From: Elusimicrobiota bacterium | GTDB taxonomy: Bacteria; Elusimicrobiota; Elusimicrobia; UBA1565 | Length of the DNA stretch: 64,000 nucleotides | Assembly: GCA_016218495.1 (NCBI GenBank) | Contig: JACRDU010000162.1 | Span: 1-64,000, forward strand | Reading direction: 5' to 3' | Shown: one piece after another, positions 28,501 through 36,463 of the stretch | Layout: each line of letters begins with the position of its first letter | Numbering within the stretch: position 1 is the stretch's first letter | Made by a program: the position numbers and the translations under genes | The notes under the pieces: model-generated | Databases searched by the model: none | Told to the model about the DNA's origin: nothing | What the model saw: the letters and a program-made list of their open reading frames with translations, nothing else

Positions 28501-31500
28501 GACACGGGGAGGACGGCCGCCGTCCCCTCTCCGTCGGCAGGGGAGAACTGCAGGATGCCCCGGTTGAATGTGAAGGTGGAGCCGAGCAGGGTGGCCAGCC
28601 CCGCCGGGTTGGAGGCCCTCATCAGGACGAAGTAGTCGCGGCCCGAGGTCAGCACCGAGTCCGGGAACGAGAGGATCCACTCGACGTCGGTCCCGCGGAA
28701 CGGCGTGACCCCGGCCGAGCGGAAGACCGTCGAAGCGGCTGAGAAGGACGACGCCCAGTCGTACCATAAGCCGGTCGAGCCGTCGCGCACGCCCACCGAG
28801 ACATCGGTGACGGACACGCTGTCCTGGGCGCCGCCGGCCAGCCTGCCGCTGAGCGTGCCCAGCGCGGCCCCGCTGGGCAGCGAGAAGCTCAGCACGGGGC
28901 TCGAGGCGGACAGGGAGAACACCGAGAACGTGGAGCTCTGTGCGGCCGGAACACCCGCATTCGACGCGTCGGCCGCCGAAATGGTGTAGAGCCCGGTCGC
29001 CCGGATGGTCAGCCCCGAGAGCGTCACGGACCCGCCGGACAGGGCCTGGGGGGACGGGAGGGTCGGCGATGCCGACGCCACCAGCGAAATCGAGACCGTG
29101 TCCGTCAGGGTCGAAATCAGGTTGCCGAACGGGTCCACGGCGCGTACCAGGACGGAGAACGGCCGGCTGAGGATCTGGAAATCGCTGGTGCCCGTGCGCC
29201 CCGCGGGGGATCCGGGCAGCGCGGCCTCGCCGGGGACCAGGACCTGCAGGGAGGAGTAGGCCGCGGCCTGCACCGTCACCGTGGACCCGGCCGTTCCCGC
29301 CGCCCCGGCGCCCTGCGCCCAGACCAGGGAGGTGGCCGGCGCCGGCTCCGCCACGCGCAGCGTCACCGGGAAGGCGGCCGACCCGGCGCTCAACGCCGCG
29401 CTGGACGGCTCCGTGTCGAAGGTGTCCCCGGTATGCACGGTCGTCGCCGCGGTGGAAGTCCGGACGGGCAGGAAGGCGTTGGAGACCGCGTGCACGGTGA
29501 CCGTGAACGACGAGCCCGCCGTCTGCACAAGCGCCGTGCCGGTCCGTCCGGTGCCCGCCACGAAGGTCTCTCCGGGGGCGATGACCAGCAGGGTCGGCCG
29601 GAACTCGATGCCGCTGTTGCCCCCGTCGTCGCGGGTCAAGCCGTCGTTGGCGTAGAGCAGAGCCCCCGCCGTGGCGTCGGCGTCCCTGACGGCCGCCGCG
29701 CTCATCGTCGAGGTCTGGACGGAGAGCCTGAACGGAGTGCCCGGCAACGCGCTGCGCAGGTCCACCGGGGTGCCGGTCGAGGTCCCGTTGACGCGCAGGT
29801 CGGCCAGGACGTGCAGGCCCGAGGTGGAGAAGGTTATCCCGGCCGACGGTTGGGTCGCCGAGAAGACCGCGGCGTCGAAGCTGGCGGAGAACACCCGGGC
29901 GCCGGGTCCGGCGGAGAGCCCGTTGAAGGCCTGGTGCAGCTTGTCGGCGTAGGCCTGCGTGGACGCCGAGAGGAAGGAGACCGTGGAGCGCTGCGCGGCG
30001 AAGGTCCCGCCCGCGCCCGCCCAATCCCCCTCCAGGCCGAAGGAGGCGTCGGAGGCCTCCAGACGGCCTGAAGTCAGGGCCAAGGCCCCGCGCACCCGCA
30101 GCGCGGTGCCGGGCGCCACGGCCACGCTGCTCGAGGAGGCGACCTCCAGGCCGCGCAGCGCGCTCTGCGGCCCCGGCTCCAGCCGCTGCAGCGCGGAGCC
30201 CGTCATGACCAAAGTGGCCGACGAGACGGAGGCGAAGTCGAAGACGCCCCCGGCTGACACGAGGTCGCCGCCCAAGGTCATCCGGGCCCCGGTCGAGAGG
30301 CGCACCGTCCCCGTCGCCGCCCGGAGCGTCCCATCCACGGCCAGGGAGCCGAACCGGAAGGTGGTGGTGGCGCTGTCGGCGGCGAAAAGGATGTTCCCCA
30401 CCGGCCCGGTGGAGAGCAGGGCGCCCCGGTCGGTGCCGGAGCCGGAGTATACGAGCCAAGAACCGGCGTCGTGCAGGTAGGCCGAGCCCGGGCCGATGTA
30501 GAGCTCTCCGGCCTCGCGCAGGGTCAAGGTCGAGCCCCGGGAGTCAAGCGTCCCCCCCGGGAAGAGGTTGATGGCGCCCGTCGAAAGGGTCATGGACGCG
30601 CTCAGGCGGACCGCGCCGCGCACGTCGACCTGGCCGGTGACCGACGAGGCGCTCGACACCAGCACCCGCCCCCCGGCGGGGCTCTGCCAGAGCACGCGGT
30701 GGGCGCTCGAGGAGGTGTAGACCGCCCCCGCCGTCACCCATCCCGACGACGAGCCGACCACAGAAATGGAACTGGCGCCCCCGTCGAACACCGCCCCCGC
30801 CAGGACCGTGAAGGTACCGCGCAAGACGAGCGCGTCGCGCAGGAAGGCGCCGGCGCTGGAGTTGGCCACGACCAGCGAGTCAAGCGCCGCGCCGGCCAGG
30901 GAGAGTTCCTGCAGCGAAGCGCCCTCCAGGCGCACCGTGGAGGAGGCCGTCGTCGGTCCGGGCCCGCCGCGGCGGTAGAGCCCCTCACCCAGCCGGAGTA
31001 CCCGGCCGGAGATGTCGAAGGCGCCGCTGAAGAGCTCGAGGGGGCCTTCGACGGCGGCGTCGGCCGCGAGGACGACCCCCGCCGGGTTCGAGGAGACGAG
31101 GTGCCCGAACACCGAGGCGCTCGACGCGGCGATACGCTGCGCCGCGGTGCCGTCCAGCAGCACCGTCCCAGAGGACCCCCGGAAGGAGCCGCTAGAGGCG
31201 CTCAGCGCGCCCCGAAACGAATGGGTGGCTGTCCCCAGGTCGCTCAGGCCGTCGACGAAGGTCACCCCGCTGGAGACCGCCACCGCGGTGGCCCAGGTGA
31301 CGCCGCCCGGGGAAGCCAGCTCGAGGTAGTGGAAGCTCGTCGCCCCCGCCAGGATGCTCTGCGCGCCTGGCCCGACGAAGGCCACCGTGGCGCCGGAGGC
31401 GGAGAAGGTCCCCGACGAAGACCAGTTCCCGCTCAGCTCGATGCGCCCCAGGCCCGCCGACAAAGACGAGCCGGCGGCGACCTCGAGGTCCCCGGCGACG

Positions 31501-33203
31501 GCGGTCTTCGTACTGAGGCCCGGCAGCAGGACGGCGCCGGAAGAGCCGACGACGGACAGGCTGCCGAAGGAGCCCCAGCGCGCGCGCTGGACGGAAGTCC
31601 CGTCGAGGATATAACGGCTGCCGCCCGAGTCCACCCGGCCCAGTTGGGTCAGGTCCCCGCCGAAGCGCGCCGTCACGCCGGCCGAAACGGTCATCGTGGA
31701 CCCCGCCTTGACCGTCATGTTGCCCCGAATGCTGACCGAAGAGGCCAGCGTCAGCGACGCCCCGGTCTCCACGAGGAGATGGTTGAAGTCCATCCCCGGC
31801 AGGACGCTCAGGGACTTCCCGAACCCGGTCATGGTCACGGTACCGGCGGTGAGCGTGAAGGTCCCCCCGGTCTGGACGAAGTCCCCGCCCATCTTCATCT
31901 CGAGGCTCCCGACGCTGAGCGTGCCGCCCCGCATCTCGAAACGCCCCGTCACGCTCGAGAACAGGGTGTTCCAGACCAAGGTCCCCTGGTAGCCCGATTC
32001 CAGCGTCAGCGTGCCGATGGGCAGGTTCCCGAAATCCCAGGTGCACGATTTGGCGGAGGCGGTAGAGCCGAAGACGGCGTTCTCGAAGGCCTGCGGCGCG
32101 ACATTGCCCACCCAGTTCGCGGAGTCCTTGCAGTCGGACGACCCCGCCCCGGTCCAGACCTTGGGGTCGACGAAGGCGCTGCCGGCCCCTCCATTGCTTC
32201 CCGGGGGCGTACCAGGGCCTCCGGCTCCCGCTCCCGACGAGATGGCGATGGTGGCCAGGTTCAAGCCCGTCGTGACGATGGCCACCCGGCCCCCGCCGCC
32301 GCCGCCGCCGGCCGGGCCGGCGCCGCCGCTGCCGCCCGCGGCGCCCCGGGCCAGCATGGAACCCGTGCCGGAGAGCACGGCGGCGCGGAGCAGTATGGCC
32401 CCTCCGGAGCCCCCCCCGCCGGCCTGGGAGCAGCCCCCCGCGCCGGCCGTCCCGTCGGCCAGGAACGCCCCGTTGACCGTGGCCGTTCCGGCGGTGACCG
32501 TCAGGAGCCCTCCGCCCGCGCCCCCGAAGCACGGAGCCAGGCCCCCTCCTCCCCCGGAGCCCAGCGTCGCAGGCAGGCTCACGGTGCCGTAGGCGCTCCC
32601 TCCGTTGACCGCCAAGCCGCCGTTTCCGCCCGCTCCTCCGTGGCCGCCGCCGCCGGCGCCGCGGCCGCCGCTGCCCGACCCGCCGCCTCCCGGACCCGTG
32701 CCGGCCGAAATGGCGCTCCCGCCGGGGAAGCCCCGTCCGGTGGCCTGCACCGTGGCCCCCGCCTGCAGGTCGAAGACGTCGGCCGAGATGGTGACGGCCG
32801 TCGTCGACTGGCTGACGGGCCCGTACTGCTCGACGAGTCCGCCAGACGAGACGCTGAAGGTCCCCGCCCGCGCCGTATGGGTGGAGAGGAAGGAGAGCAC
32901 CGAACCGCTGGAGACGCGCAAAAGCCCGGCCACCAGCGTCCCCGTCGAAAGGCGCAGTTGGGCCGTCGAGGCTCCGCCCAGGTCCAGGGAGGCCGCGACG
33001 ACTGCGGCCGCCGCCGTGGCGTCCACCCGGGCCCCCGACGAGATGGTCACGTCCGAAGCGGCGCCCGGGACGCCGGCGGGGCTCCAGTTCGCCGGGTCCG
33101 CCCATGTCGCGCCGTCCCCCCCTCCGGTCCAGGACACGGGCGCCCCGGCGGCCGGGGCGGCCGCGAGGAAGGCGAGGGCGCACAGGGTGCGGCGCAGGGC
33201 CAT
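22584..33203 (-). CDS. giant (3,539 aa) secreted adhesin-like protein: Gly-rich beta-helical / autotransporter-passenger-like repeats, Ig/CarboxypepD_reg-like domains, T9SS-type C-terminal sorting domain
   Basis: Single uninterrupted ORF. Signal MALRRTLCALAFLAAAPAAGA. GGxGGxG-rich N-terminal 1.1 kaa with recurring TLxxxG(T/S)L beta-strand repeats. C-terminal NFPNPFD...WDGANDAGKDVASGLYIGQV...FFKMAVLK (Por_Secre_tail / FlgD-Ig-like). Confidence 0.85.
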   Translation of the reverse strand: MALRRTLCALAFLAAAPAAGAPVSWTGGGDGATWADPANWSPAGVPGAASDVTISSGARVDATAAAAVVAASLDLGGASTAQLRLSTGTLVAGLLRVSSGSVLSFLSTHTARAGTFSVSSGGLVEQYGPVSQSTTAVTISADVFDLQAGATVQATGRGFPGGSAISAGTGPGGGGSGSGGRGAGGGGHGGAGGNGGLAVNGGSAYGTVSLPATLGSGGGGGLAPCFGGAGGGLLTVTAGTATVNGAFLADGTAGAGGCSQAGGGGSGGAILLRAAVLSGTGSMLARGAAGGSGGAGPAGGGGGGGRVAIVTTGLNLATIAISSGAGAGGPGTPPGSNGGAGSAFVDPKVWTGAGSSDCKDSANWVGNVAPQAFENAVFGSTASAKSCTWDFGNLPIGTLTLESGYQGTLVWNTLFSSVTGRFEMRGGTLSVGSLEMKMGGDFVQTGGTFTLTAGTVTMTGFGKSLSVLPGMDFNHLLVETGASLTLASSVSIRGNMTVKAGSTMTVSAGVTARFGGDLTQLGRVDSGGSRYILDGTSVQRARWGSFGSLSVVGSSGAVLLPGLSTKTAVAGDLEVAAGSSLSAGLGRIELSGNWSSSGTFSASGATVAFVGPGAQSILAGATSFHYLELASPGGVTWATAVAVSSGVTFVDGLSDLGTATHSFRGALSASSGSFRGSSGTVLLDGTAAQRIAASSASVFGHLVSSNPAGVVLAADAAVEGPLELFSGAFDISGRVLRLGEGLYRRGGPGPTTASSTVRLEGASLQELSLAGAALDSLVVANSSAGAFLRDALVLRGTFTVLAGAVFDGGASSISVVGSSSGWVTAGAVYTSSSAHRVLWQSPAGGRVLVSSASSVTGQVDVRGAVRLSASMTLSTGAINLFPGGTLDSRGSTLTLREAGELYIGPGSAYLHDAGSWLVYSGSGTDRGALLSTGPVGNILFAADSATTTFRFGSLAVDGTLRAATGTVRLSTGARMTLGGDLVSAGGVFDFASVSSATLVMTGSALQRLEPGPQSALRGLEVASSSSVAVAPGTALRVRGALALTSGRLEASDASFGLEGDWAGAGGTFAAQRSTVSFLSASTQAYADKLHQAFNGLSAGPGARVFSASFDAAVFSATQPSAGITFSTSGLHVLADLRVNGTSTGTPVDLRSALPGTPFRLSVQTSTMSAAAVRDADATAGALLYANDGLTRDDGGNSGIEFRPTLLVIAPGETFVAGTGRTGTALVQTAGSSFTVTVHAVSNAFLPVRTSTAATTVHTGDTFDTEPSSAALSAGSAAFPVTLRVAEPAPATSLVWAQGAGAAGTAGSTVTVQAAAYSSLQVLVPGEAALPGSPAGRTGTSDFQILSRPFSVLVRAVDPFGNLISTLTDTVSISLVASASPTLPSPQALSGGSVTLSGLTIRATGLYTISAADASNAGVPAAQSSTFSVFSLSASSPVLSFSLPSGAALGTLSGRLAGGAQDSVSVTDVSVGVRDGSTGLWYDWASSFSAASTVFRSAGVTPFRGTDVEWILSFPDSVLTSGRDYFVLMRASNPAGLATLLGSTFTFNRGILQFSPADGEGTAAVLPVSTGACQAVVTTVTFTVGNSGLGRGGAVALRIPPGWTPLAGLTAAVPPPLGYAAVVSTSLAWSVAGSSEVLFAPPSIGSVTLGSDWLAVRVASAAPNLFKPGEDIRFYYTGYPPARAVGRHLLDVRSRSAQSGTLVAVASAPAVALAAGPASGLEFSDRAPIALGPLQGSATMQLFLTDGCGNPAVSTLAVVIGLSAGQPAASGFSRDLSAAFYAAGGAGIVSVTVSTGQSASPAFYMTTSTSGVDSESVRATATLAGSAVDALRTALIRASSVAPTAVSVDTGTLSAGATSVLLVPGAGSAVVRFSVTDPAVPWDVAVATEASFTTPLARSAGTGDASSALSYRWDAVACARACSFVAPGRYPVRVRAGGNPGTSVEVRVATSPFISGSLGTSGAGAFVSVEGPGAGYGSSATADSSGAFKVWGLHEGARYAVRASSFVMVQGVGVRLSTAVCSVAASTAGGAAGSPSFAVPGLMRVNASVPVLSPEEVFGSVLARGADGSAAASGVLHFPRGGASSDDGAVALGASASTWTVLALPPGVYTLEVEVARLGLSTRPAAVTVSTSATADVSLALDRRAALSGTAVLVTTSAYGTSVAVAAAPSGSSVPTRFASLSIPAASSGTVPSSGVFRLYGLTQGSWTLTARAPGLLPATTTLFVSGTADIGDGATGQGGPALTLGLGAVLRGTVTVQGDSRGLAGTGPAPDAASSNGFSVLVEAFEPRLLRRESGIVRLSTDAAQSAAQFQLGGLEPGLWDVRAVVSGFEKTPAGDESVRVTSAGASVGLVYARPSARGLVSVRIEPPASPCSCSADFARLALLHTDPFGAQTAVAVATALAGASFQFYPSSLTMTTPALASGINRWTFLDPATGRSASAALSLTPAATAEALLDLSGGSKTVSGLVRLTGPVRISSTGYSVTVSSLPGLVAFAARAPYCLLSSSSPVTLSAARVELVPVGDGSAGAPGPLARAGQSCASWSPSVAARTPAIAYVGALAADGSFLIRGVPPGYYRVRIPGDLDGSPGNGDEAAPVEASLAVTADTALDLRLGPGGSVQGALALPAGAPAKRRLDVMLSSLDGTELRRVSVEAAPGSPAAFAVNSLPDGEFVLAVADAGTPRAYGARPRLISLNGGAADAGTVSLEALGSIRLRLALERRSSSGTLELVPIDGSDRTLLPAELRIAAVASPWREGGFFPAQGAFCGPRGCARPDFDAAGTILIGGVFAGVYDVELVPGPGGGVDAAAAVRAGVRVAEGQTAELGVVKLRSAATVAGLLTDSSGGLPAGGVPVTARPSVGGLSSLRRPARTVRSDGAGRFSLGGLDPDVRFYDIVAAARPEDPSEPPPAYDETVIAGVDVLSTAALSIPLRAAPYSVSGRVLAADGGQLLGASDGAVAEPGAELYLYPEGRPPTEGPLGNTVSRTAPDGSFSLSGLSAGAYRLTVEALGCAPRTLPVRVTAASPSLGTITLQRAASLSGVLRRPDGGAPGEDEVRRVFAATADLSEVLEGGLLRDSAGRSAARYRVGGFVPGKTYRLIVLTADDEPYTPPEASALSFSTTTESRVLDVVVRPPAPRITAKSRRSGGAFLIEFNSSRPLRARTAADDDPARLVSTVSASGALSGLELSADRRKVLGIYTPGVSESSFTLRFAARTEERDPDAADSAEFLAVATAAFFSGVDGYQSTQLSNLTGGTLSIEGDPGRVALPKGAFILDASSSASIALRRTDELLLGARGLAAAGLSAEEATRTSLRFGTDAYPAGLVRAMAATPPDVRPAGPYYDVAVSSGLGSRLAKPARLSLGYAAGAEPARLNVYWYNEAANAFVLQQDVTGAPLELDALNKTVSLSVDHFSTFVLFDAAAAVISGNAYDGGVLSAYNFPNPFDLRLKTVTPIHGAAIQTVRGTLVRIAVPAGQGGDGRLLVFSAAGERVRTVDLGQLQGGRSYYQAWDGANDAGKDVASGLYIGQVKVGGRSAFFKMAVLK

Positions 33204-33206
33204 TGG

Positions 33207-33665
33207 CTACTTGGACTGCTGCCTCGACATGAACTTCCGGCGCTCGGCCAGCTTCTTCATCTCCTCGGCGAAGGCCGGGTTCTTCTTGAGCATGAAGGAG
33301 AAGTCGGCCGAGAGGAGGACGAACAGGCGCGTCGCCTCCTCGCAGACCACGCTGGCGTTGCGCGGGTCGCGCGACAGCAGGGCCATCTCGCCGAAGAAGT
33401 CCCCCGGCCCGAGGCGGGCCACGGTCTTGGAGAGGAAGATGTACCTCTTGAGCCGCACGGAGACCGCCCCGTCGTAGACGATGTAGAAGGCGTCCCCCGG
33501 TTCGCCCTGATGGAAGACCGTCTCCCCGGGCTTATAACGGCAGAGCATGATGTACTTCACTATCTGCTCGAGCTCCCCGACGTTGAGCGGCGCGAAGAAC
33601 TCGACCTTCCTCATCGCCCGGGCCAGGTGGCCGTAGTCCGCGTCCGACATCGCTACCTTCTCCAT
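33207..33665 (-). CDS. stand-alone cyclic-nucleotide-binding (cNMP/CAP-effector) domain protein, no DNA-binding domain
   Basis: 152 aa. cNMP-binding beta-roll motifs GETVFHQGEPGDAFYIVYDGAVSV and FGEMALLSRDPRNASVV. The stop is 3 nt before the giant-gene ATG. Confidence 0.8.
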   Translation of the reverse strand: MEKVAMSDADYGHLARAMRKVEFFAPLNVGELEQIVKYIMLCRYKPGETVFHQGEPGDAFYIVYDGAVSVRLKRYIFLSKTVARLGPGDFFGEMALLSRDPRNASVVCEEATRLFVLLSADFSFMLKKNPAFAEEMKKLAERRKFMSRQQSK

Positions 33666-33674
33666 TTTCGCCTC

Positions 33675-34892
33675 CTAACGCTCGAATGCGACCCCGAAGA
33701 GCAGCGAGGTCGCGTCGTGGTTGAACCGGTGGAATCCCTCGTAATGGTCGTTGGCGCGCGCCCATGAGCGCTCCACCCGGGCCATCAGGCCCAGGCCCGG
33801 AGCGAGCGGCCAACGCCCCTCCAGTGACAGCGCCCAGGTCTGTTCCAGCAATCCGACGCCGCTGTAGGCGCCGATGCCGTCCCGGGCCGAGCGGTGCGGC
33901 CAGCGGCGCCAGCCGTAGCGCAGCCCCCCCGCCAGGGAAGCCGGGGCGCGCGGGTCCCCCCAAGACGCGCCGAAGTCCGGCCCGAGCTTCCACGCCGCAT
34001 AGCTGTAGCAGCGCTCCTGGAAGCGCGCTCGGGCGGGGTCGAAGCAGGCCTGGTCGGAGACCGTGTCTTCGAACTGCACGCTGAGCCCGCCGTGCAGACG
34101 GCGGTTCGGGCGCGGCTCGCCCGAGGCCCTGAGCCCGGCCTCGGCGGAGGAGACCAGGTCCCCCCGGGTCGAGTCGCCGAGCGACCCGTCGGAGCGGACC
34201 AGCTTCTGGTGGAGGAAGCGCCGGACCTGCAGCCCGGCCTTCAGGTCCAAGGCCAAGCCCTTGGGCAGGGGGAGCAAGAGGCCCGCGCTCAGCAGGTGGG
34301 CGTCGAAGTCGAGGACCCCCGAGCCGGCCAGCTCGCGGGCCAGCGGCCGGCCGCGCGGGTCGAGCGGGGCGGAGGATTCCAGCGAGTTGAAGTTCGGGAA
34401 GAAGGTGCGCGACAGCGCGTAGCCGGCCCAGAGCCGCCGCCCGGCCGACAGGTCCCATTCCAGGTCCACGCCCCCGTCGACGGTGTGGCTGTCGAAGAGC
34501 CCGGACAGCCAGTCCTCGTCCTTGGTCTCCCGCAGCAGGCGCATGCGCCAGCCGGCCCGGGGCTTGAGGAGCCAGCGGCCCCGAGCGGGGGCGTAGACGG
34601 CTTTCAGCGAAACACGGTGCTCCATCGCCTCAGAGAACAAGGTCGTCCCGCCCGCCGTGTCGAGCGCCGATTCGACCCCGCTGTAGGAACCGCCGAGGAC
34701 GGGGAAGAAGGTCCAGCGGGGCCCCAGCGGCACGGCCGCCGCGGCCGAGCCCGATGCGCTGCCGGAGAAGGCCCCCGGCCTGCCGTCGGTCTGCAGGCGG
34801 CCCCCCAGGAAGCGCGCGGAAATGACGGTCTCCAGCGCCCGCGCGGGGCCCGGGAAGGCGAGCAGGGCGCAGAGCAGGGCCCGGACGCTCAC
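33675..34892 (-). CDS. outer-membrane beta-barrel protein, unknown family (paralog of 62142..63383). GTG start overlapping the upstream stop.
   Basis: Signal VSVRALLCALLAFPGPARA. Alignable to the 62142 ORF (LRETKDEDWLSGLFDSHTV vs LKETRDETWGKGLFDTQTV; FFPNFNSLESS vs RFPNFKSLESK). The longer 688-aa ORF form has a junk N-terminus overlapping the upstream gene. Confidence 0.6.
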   Translation of the reverse strand: MSVRALLCALLAFPGPARALETVISARFLGGRLQTDGRPGAFSGSASGSAAAAVPLGPRWTFFPVLGGSYSGVESALDTAGGTTLFSEAMEHRVSLKAVYAPARGRWLLKPRAGWRMRLLRETKDEDWLSGLFDSHTVDGGVDLEWDLSAGRRLWAGYALSRTFFPNFNSLESSAPLDPRGRPLARELAGSGVLDFDAHLLSAGLLLPLPKGLALDLKAGLQVRRFLHQKLVRSDGSLGDSTRGDLVSSAEAGLRASGEPRPNRRLHGGLSVQFEDTVSDQACFDPARARFQERCYSYAAWKLGPDFGASWGDPRAPASLAGGLRYGWRRWPHRSARDGIGAYSGVGLLEQTWALSLEGRWPLAPGLGLMARVERSWARANDHYEGFHRFNHDATSLLFGVAFER

Positions 34893-36385
34893 GGCAGGGC
34901 TCCCGTCATGAAGGCCAGGGCCGGGTCGAGGCGCAGCTCGATGGTCCGCCCCGAGAAGAGCGAGGAGGAAACGCTCTGCTCCAAGCCGGCCCCCAGCAGG
35001 ACGGCGCGGAAGGCCGCCGCGCCCGAGCCCGCCGGCAGCGCGGCGGAAGCGACCTCGCCGCCGCAGAGCCCGCGCGAGACCGTGGACAGCGAAGAGCCTT
35101 CGGCCCAGGACGAGCTCAAGACCTGCAGCCGAGCGCTGGGAGCGGGATAGGTGACCGAGACCGCTCGCGCGGCAAGCTGGGCGCCGTTCATCAGGGCGTG
35201 GGCGGCGGTGAGGGCCCCTCCCGTGAAGGGGTCGGTGACGGTGGATGGGACGGCGTCGCCGTTCACCAGGATGTTCGCGCCCGTCCAGCCGGCCGCCAGG
35301 CGGCCGTTTACATAGACCCCCCACCGGTCGAAGAGGGAACGCCAGGCCGAAGCGCCGGCCGCCGAGCGGAAGTCCCCCGTCACCGGGTCGAAGACGGAGG
35401 AGACGTCGTCGGCGCCGTCGGCGTTGGCGTTGAGGTCGACCAGGTGTCCGCCGTCGGCCGTCTCCATCAGGACGTCGGGGCCGTTGGAGCGCGCCGACTC
35501 GTAGGCGGTCAGGGTCAGGGCGGGGGCCGCGCCCGCCGTGCCGGCCAGCGCCCGCAGGGCGCCCGAGATGTCCCCCGGCACGGCCGCGCTGAAGGTGCCC
35601 AGGTGGTAGAGGTAGTCGGTCCGGCCTTCCCGGCCGTTCACGGCGACCAGCTCGAGCTGGTCGGCCCGGGGTCGCCTGACCCAGGACTCGGCGCGCACCC
35701 GCGCTCCCCGAGAATCCATCGCCGTGCGGCCTTCCTCCCATTCCAGGCGCCGCAAGGCCTCGGCCCCGGAGGCATAGAGGCCTTCCCGGAAGGCGTCGGA
35801 TTCCAGCTCCGCCCGGATGCGCTCGCGCAGGCCTTCGCGGCGGAGGGCCGCGGCGGCCGGCATCCTGACGGGGACCTCCAGCCCGCGCAGGTCGATGCGC
35901 ACGCTCTCCCCGGAGCGCAGCAGGAGTTGGTGCCCGCGGTTGTCCTCCACCCCCAGCTCCCCCTCCGCCGACTCCACCGTGGTCCGGCCTCCGGCCAGGA
36001 CGCTGACCCTGAACTCCCCGCCCCGCACGGTCAGGGCCGCGGCCGGCGTGCGTACCTGCACCACACGGCGCCCCACATCGGCGAAGCGGAAGACGGACAC
36101 GCCGATCTCCACGCGGGCCAGGAAGCGCTCACCCCCGACGTCCTCCAAGGTGAGGACCGTGTCCTCCTGCAGCAGGGCGGTGTCGGCCCCGCCCAGCTTG
36201 AGGAAGGCGGACGATTGACGGCCCGTCCTGAGGGCGGCGCCGGGGCCCAGGGCGGACGGGATCTTCTCCAAAGTCGCCCAAGGGGCGTCCAAAGCGGGCC
36301 TGAGCTGGAGCAGACCGGACGCTCCGGCGACAGACGGCCCCGCCGGCGCGGCAGCCGCCGCCGGGCGCGAGAATAGGGCCAGCAC
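34889..36385 (-). CDS. secreted FecR-domain protein (paralog of the partial gene at 63391..64000)
   Basis: GTG start (a possible ATT start 6 codons upstream would give a better signal peptide). FecR-like block FLKLGGADTALLQEDTVLTLEDVGGERFLARVEIGVSVFRF...VRTPAAALTVRGGEFRV. C-terminal TADGGHLVDLNANADGADDVSSVFDPVTGDF matches the 63391 ORF. Confidence 0.6.
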   Translation of the reverse strand: MLALFSRPAAAAAPAGPSVAGASGLLQLRPALDAPWATLEKIPSALGPGAALRTGRQSSAFLKLGGADTALLQEDTVLTLEDVGGERFLARVEIGVSVFRFADVGRRVVQVRTPAAALTVRGGEFRVSVLAGGRTTVESAEGELGVEDNRGHQLLLRSGESVRIDLRGLEVPVRMPAAAALRREGLRERIRAELESDAFREGLYASGAEALRRLEWEEGRTAMDSRGARVRAESWVRRPRADQLELVAVNGREGRTDYLYHLGTFSAAVPGDISGALRALAGTAGAAPALTLTAYESARSNGPDVLMETADGGHLVDLNANADGADDVSSVFDPVTGDFRSAAGASAWRSLFDRWGVYVNGRLAAGWTGANILVNGDAVPSTVTDPFTGGALTAAHALMNGAQLAARAVSVTYPAPSARLQVLSSSWAEGSSLSTVSRGLCGGEVASAALPAGSGAAAFRAVLLGAGLEQSVSSSLFSGRTIELRLDPALAFMTGALP

Positions 36386-36463
36386 CAGGGCTGGGAGGAG
36401 GGCTCTTACCCTAATAATGCTCTAAGGGTACGCGCCCCGCGCGAAGCGCGCAATACCTCAACG

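Noticed and set aside
26215-30459. 1,414-aa minus-strand ORF inside the 3,539-aa gene (different frame), plus the plus-strand ORF 30471..33767
   Set aside because: Alternate or antisense frames of the giant gene. They are R/G/P-rich and have no domain signatures.
33675-35741. 688-aa long form of the module-1 barrel ORF
   Set aside because: The first ~280 residues are Arg/Gly/Pro junk overlapping the FecR-like gene in another frame. The paralog-supported protein begins at the GTG at 34892 with a signal peptide.
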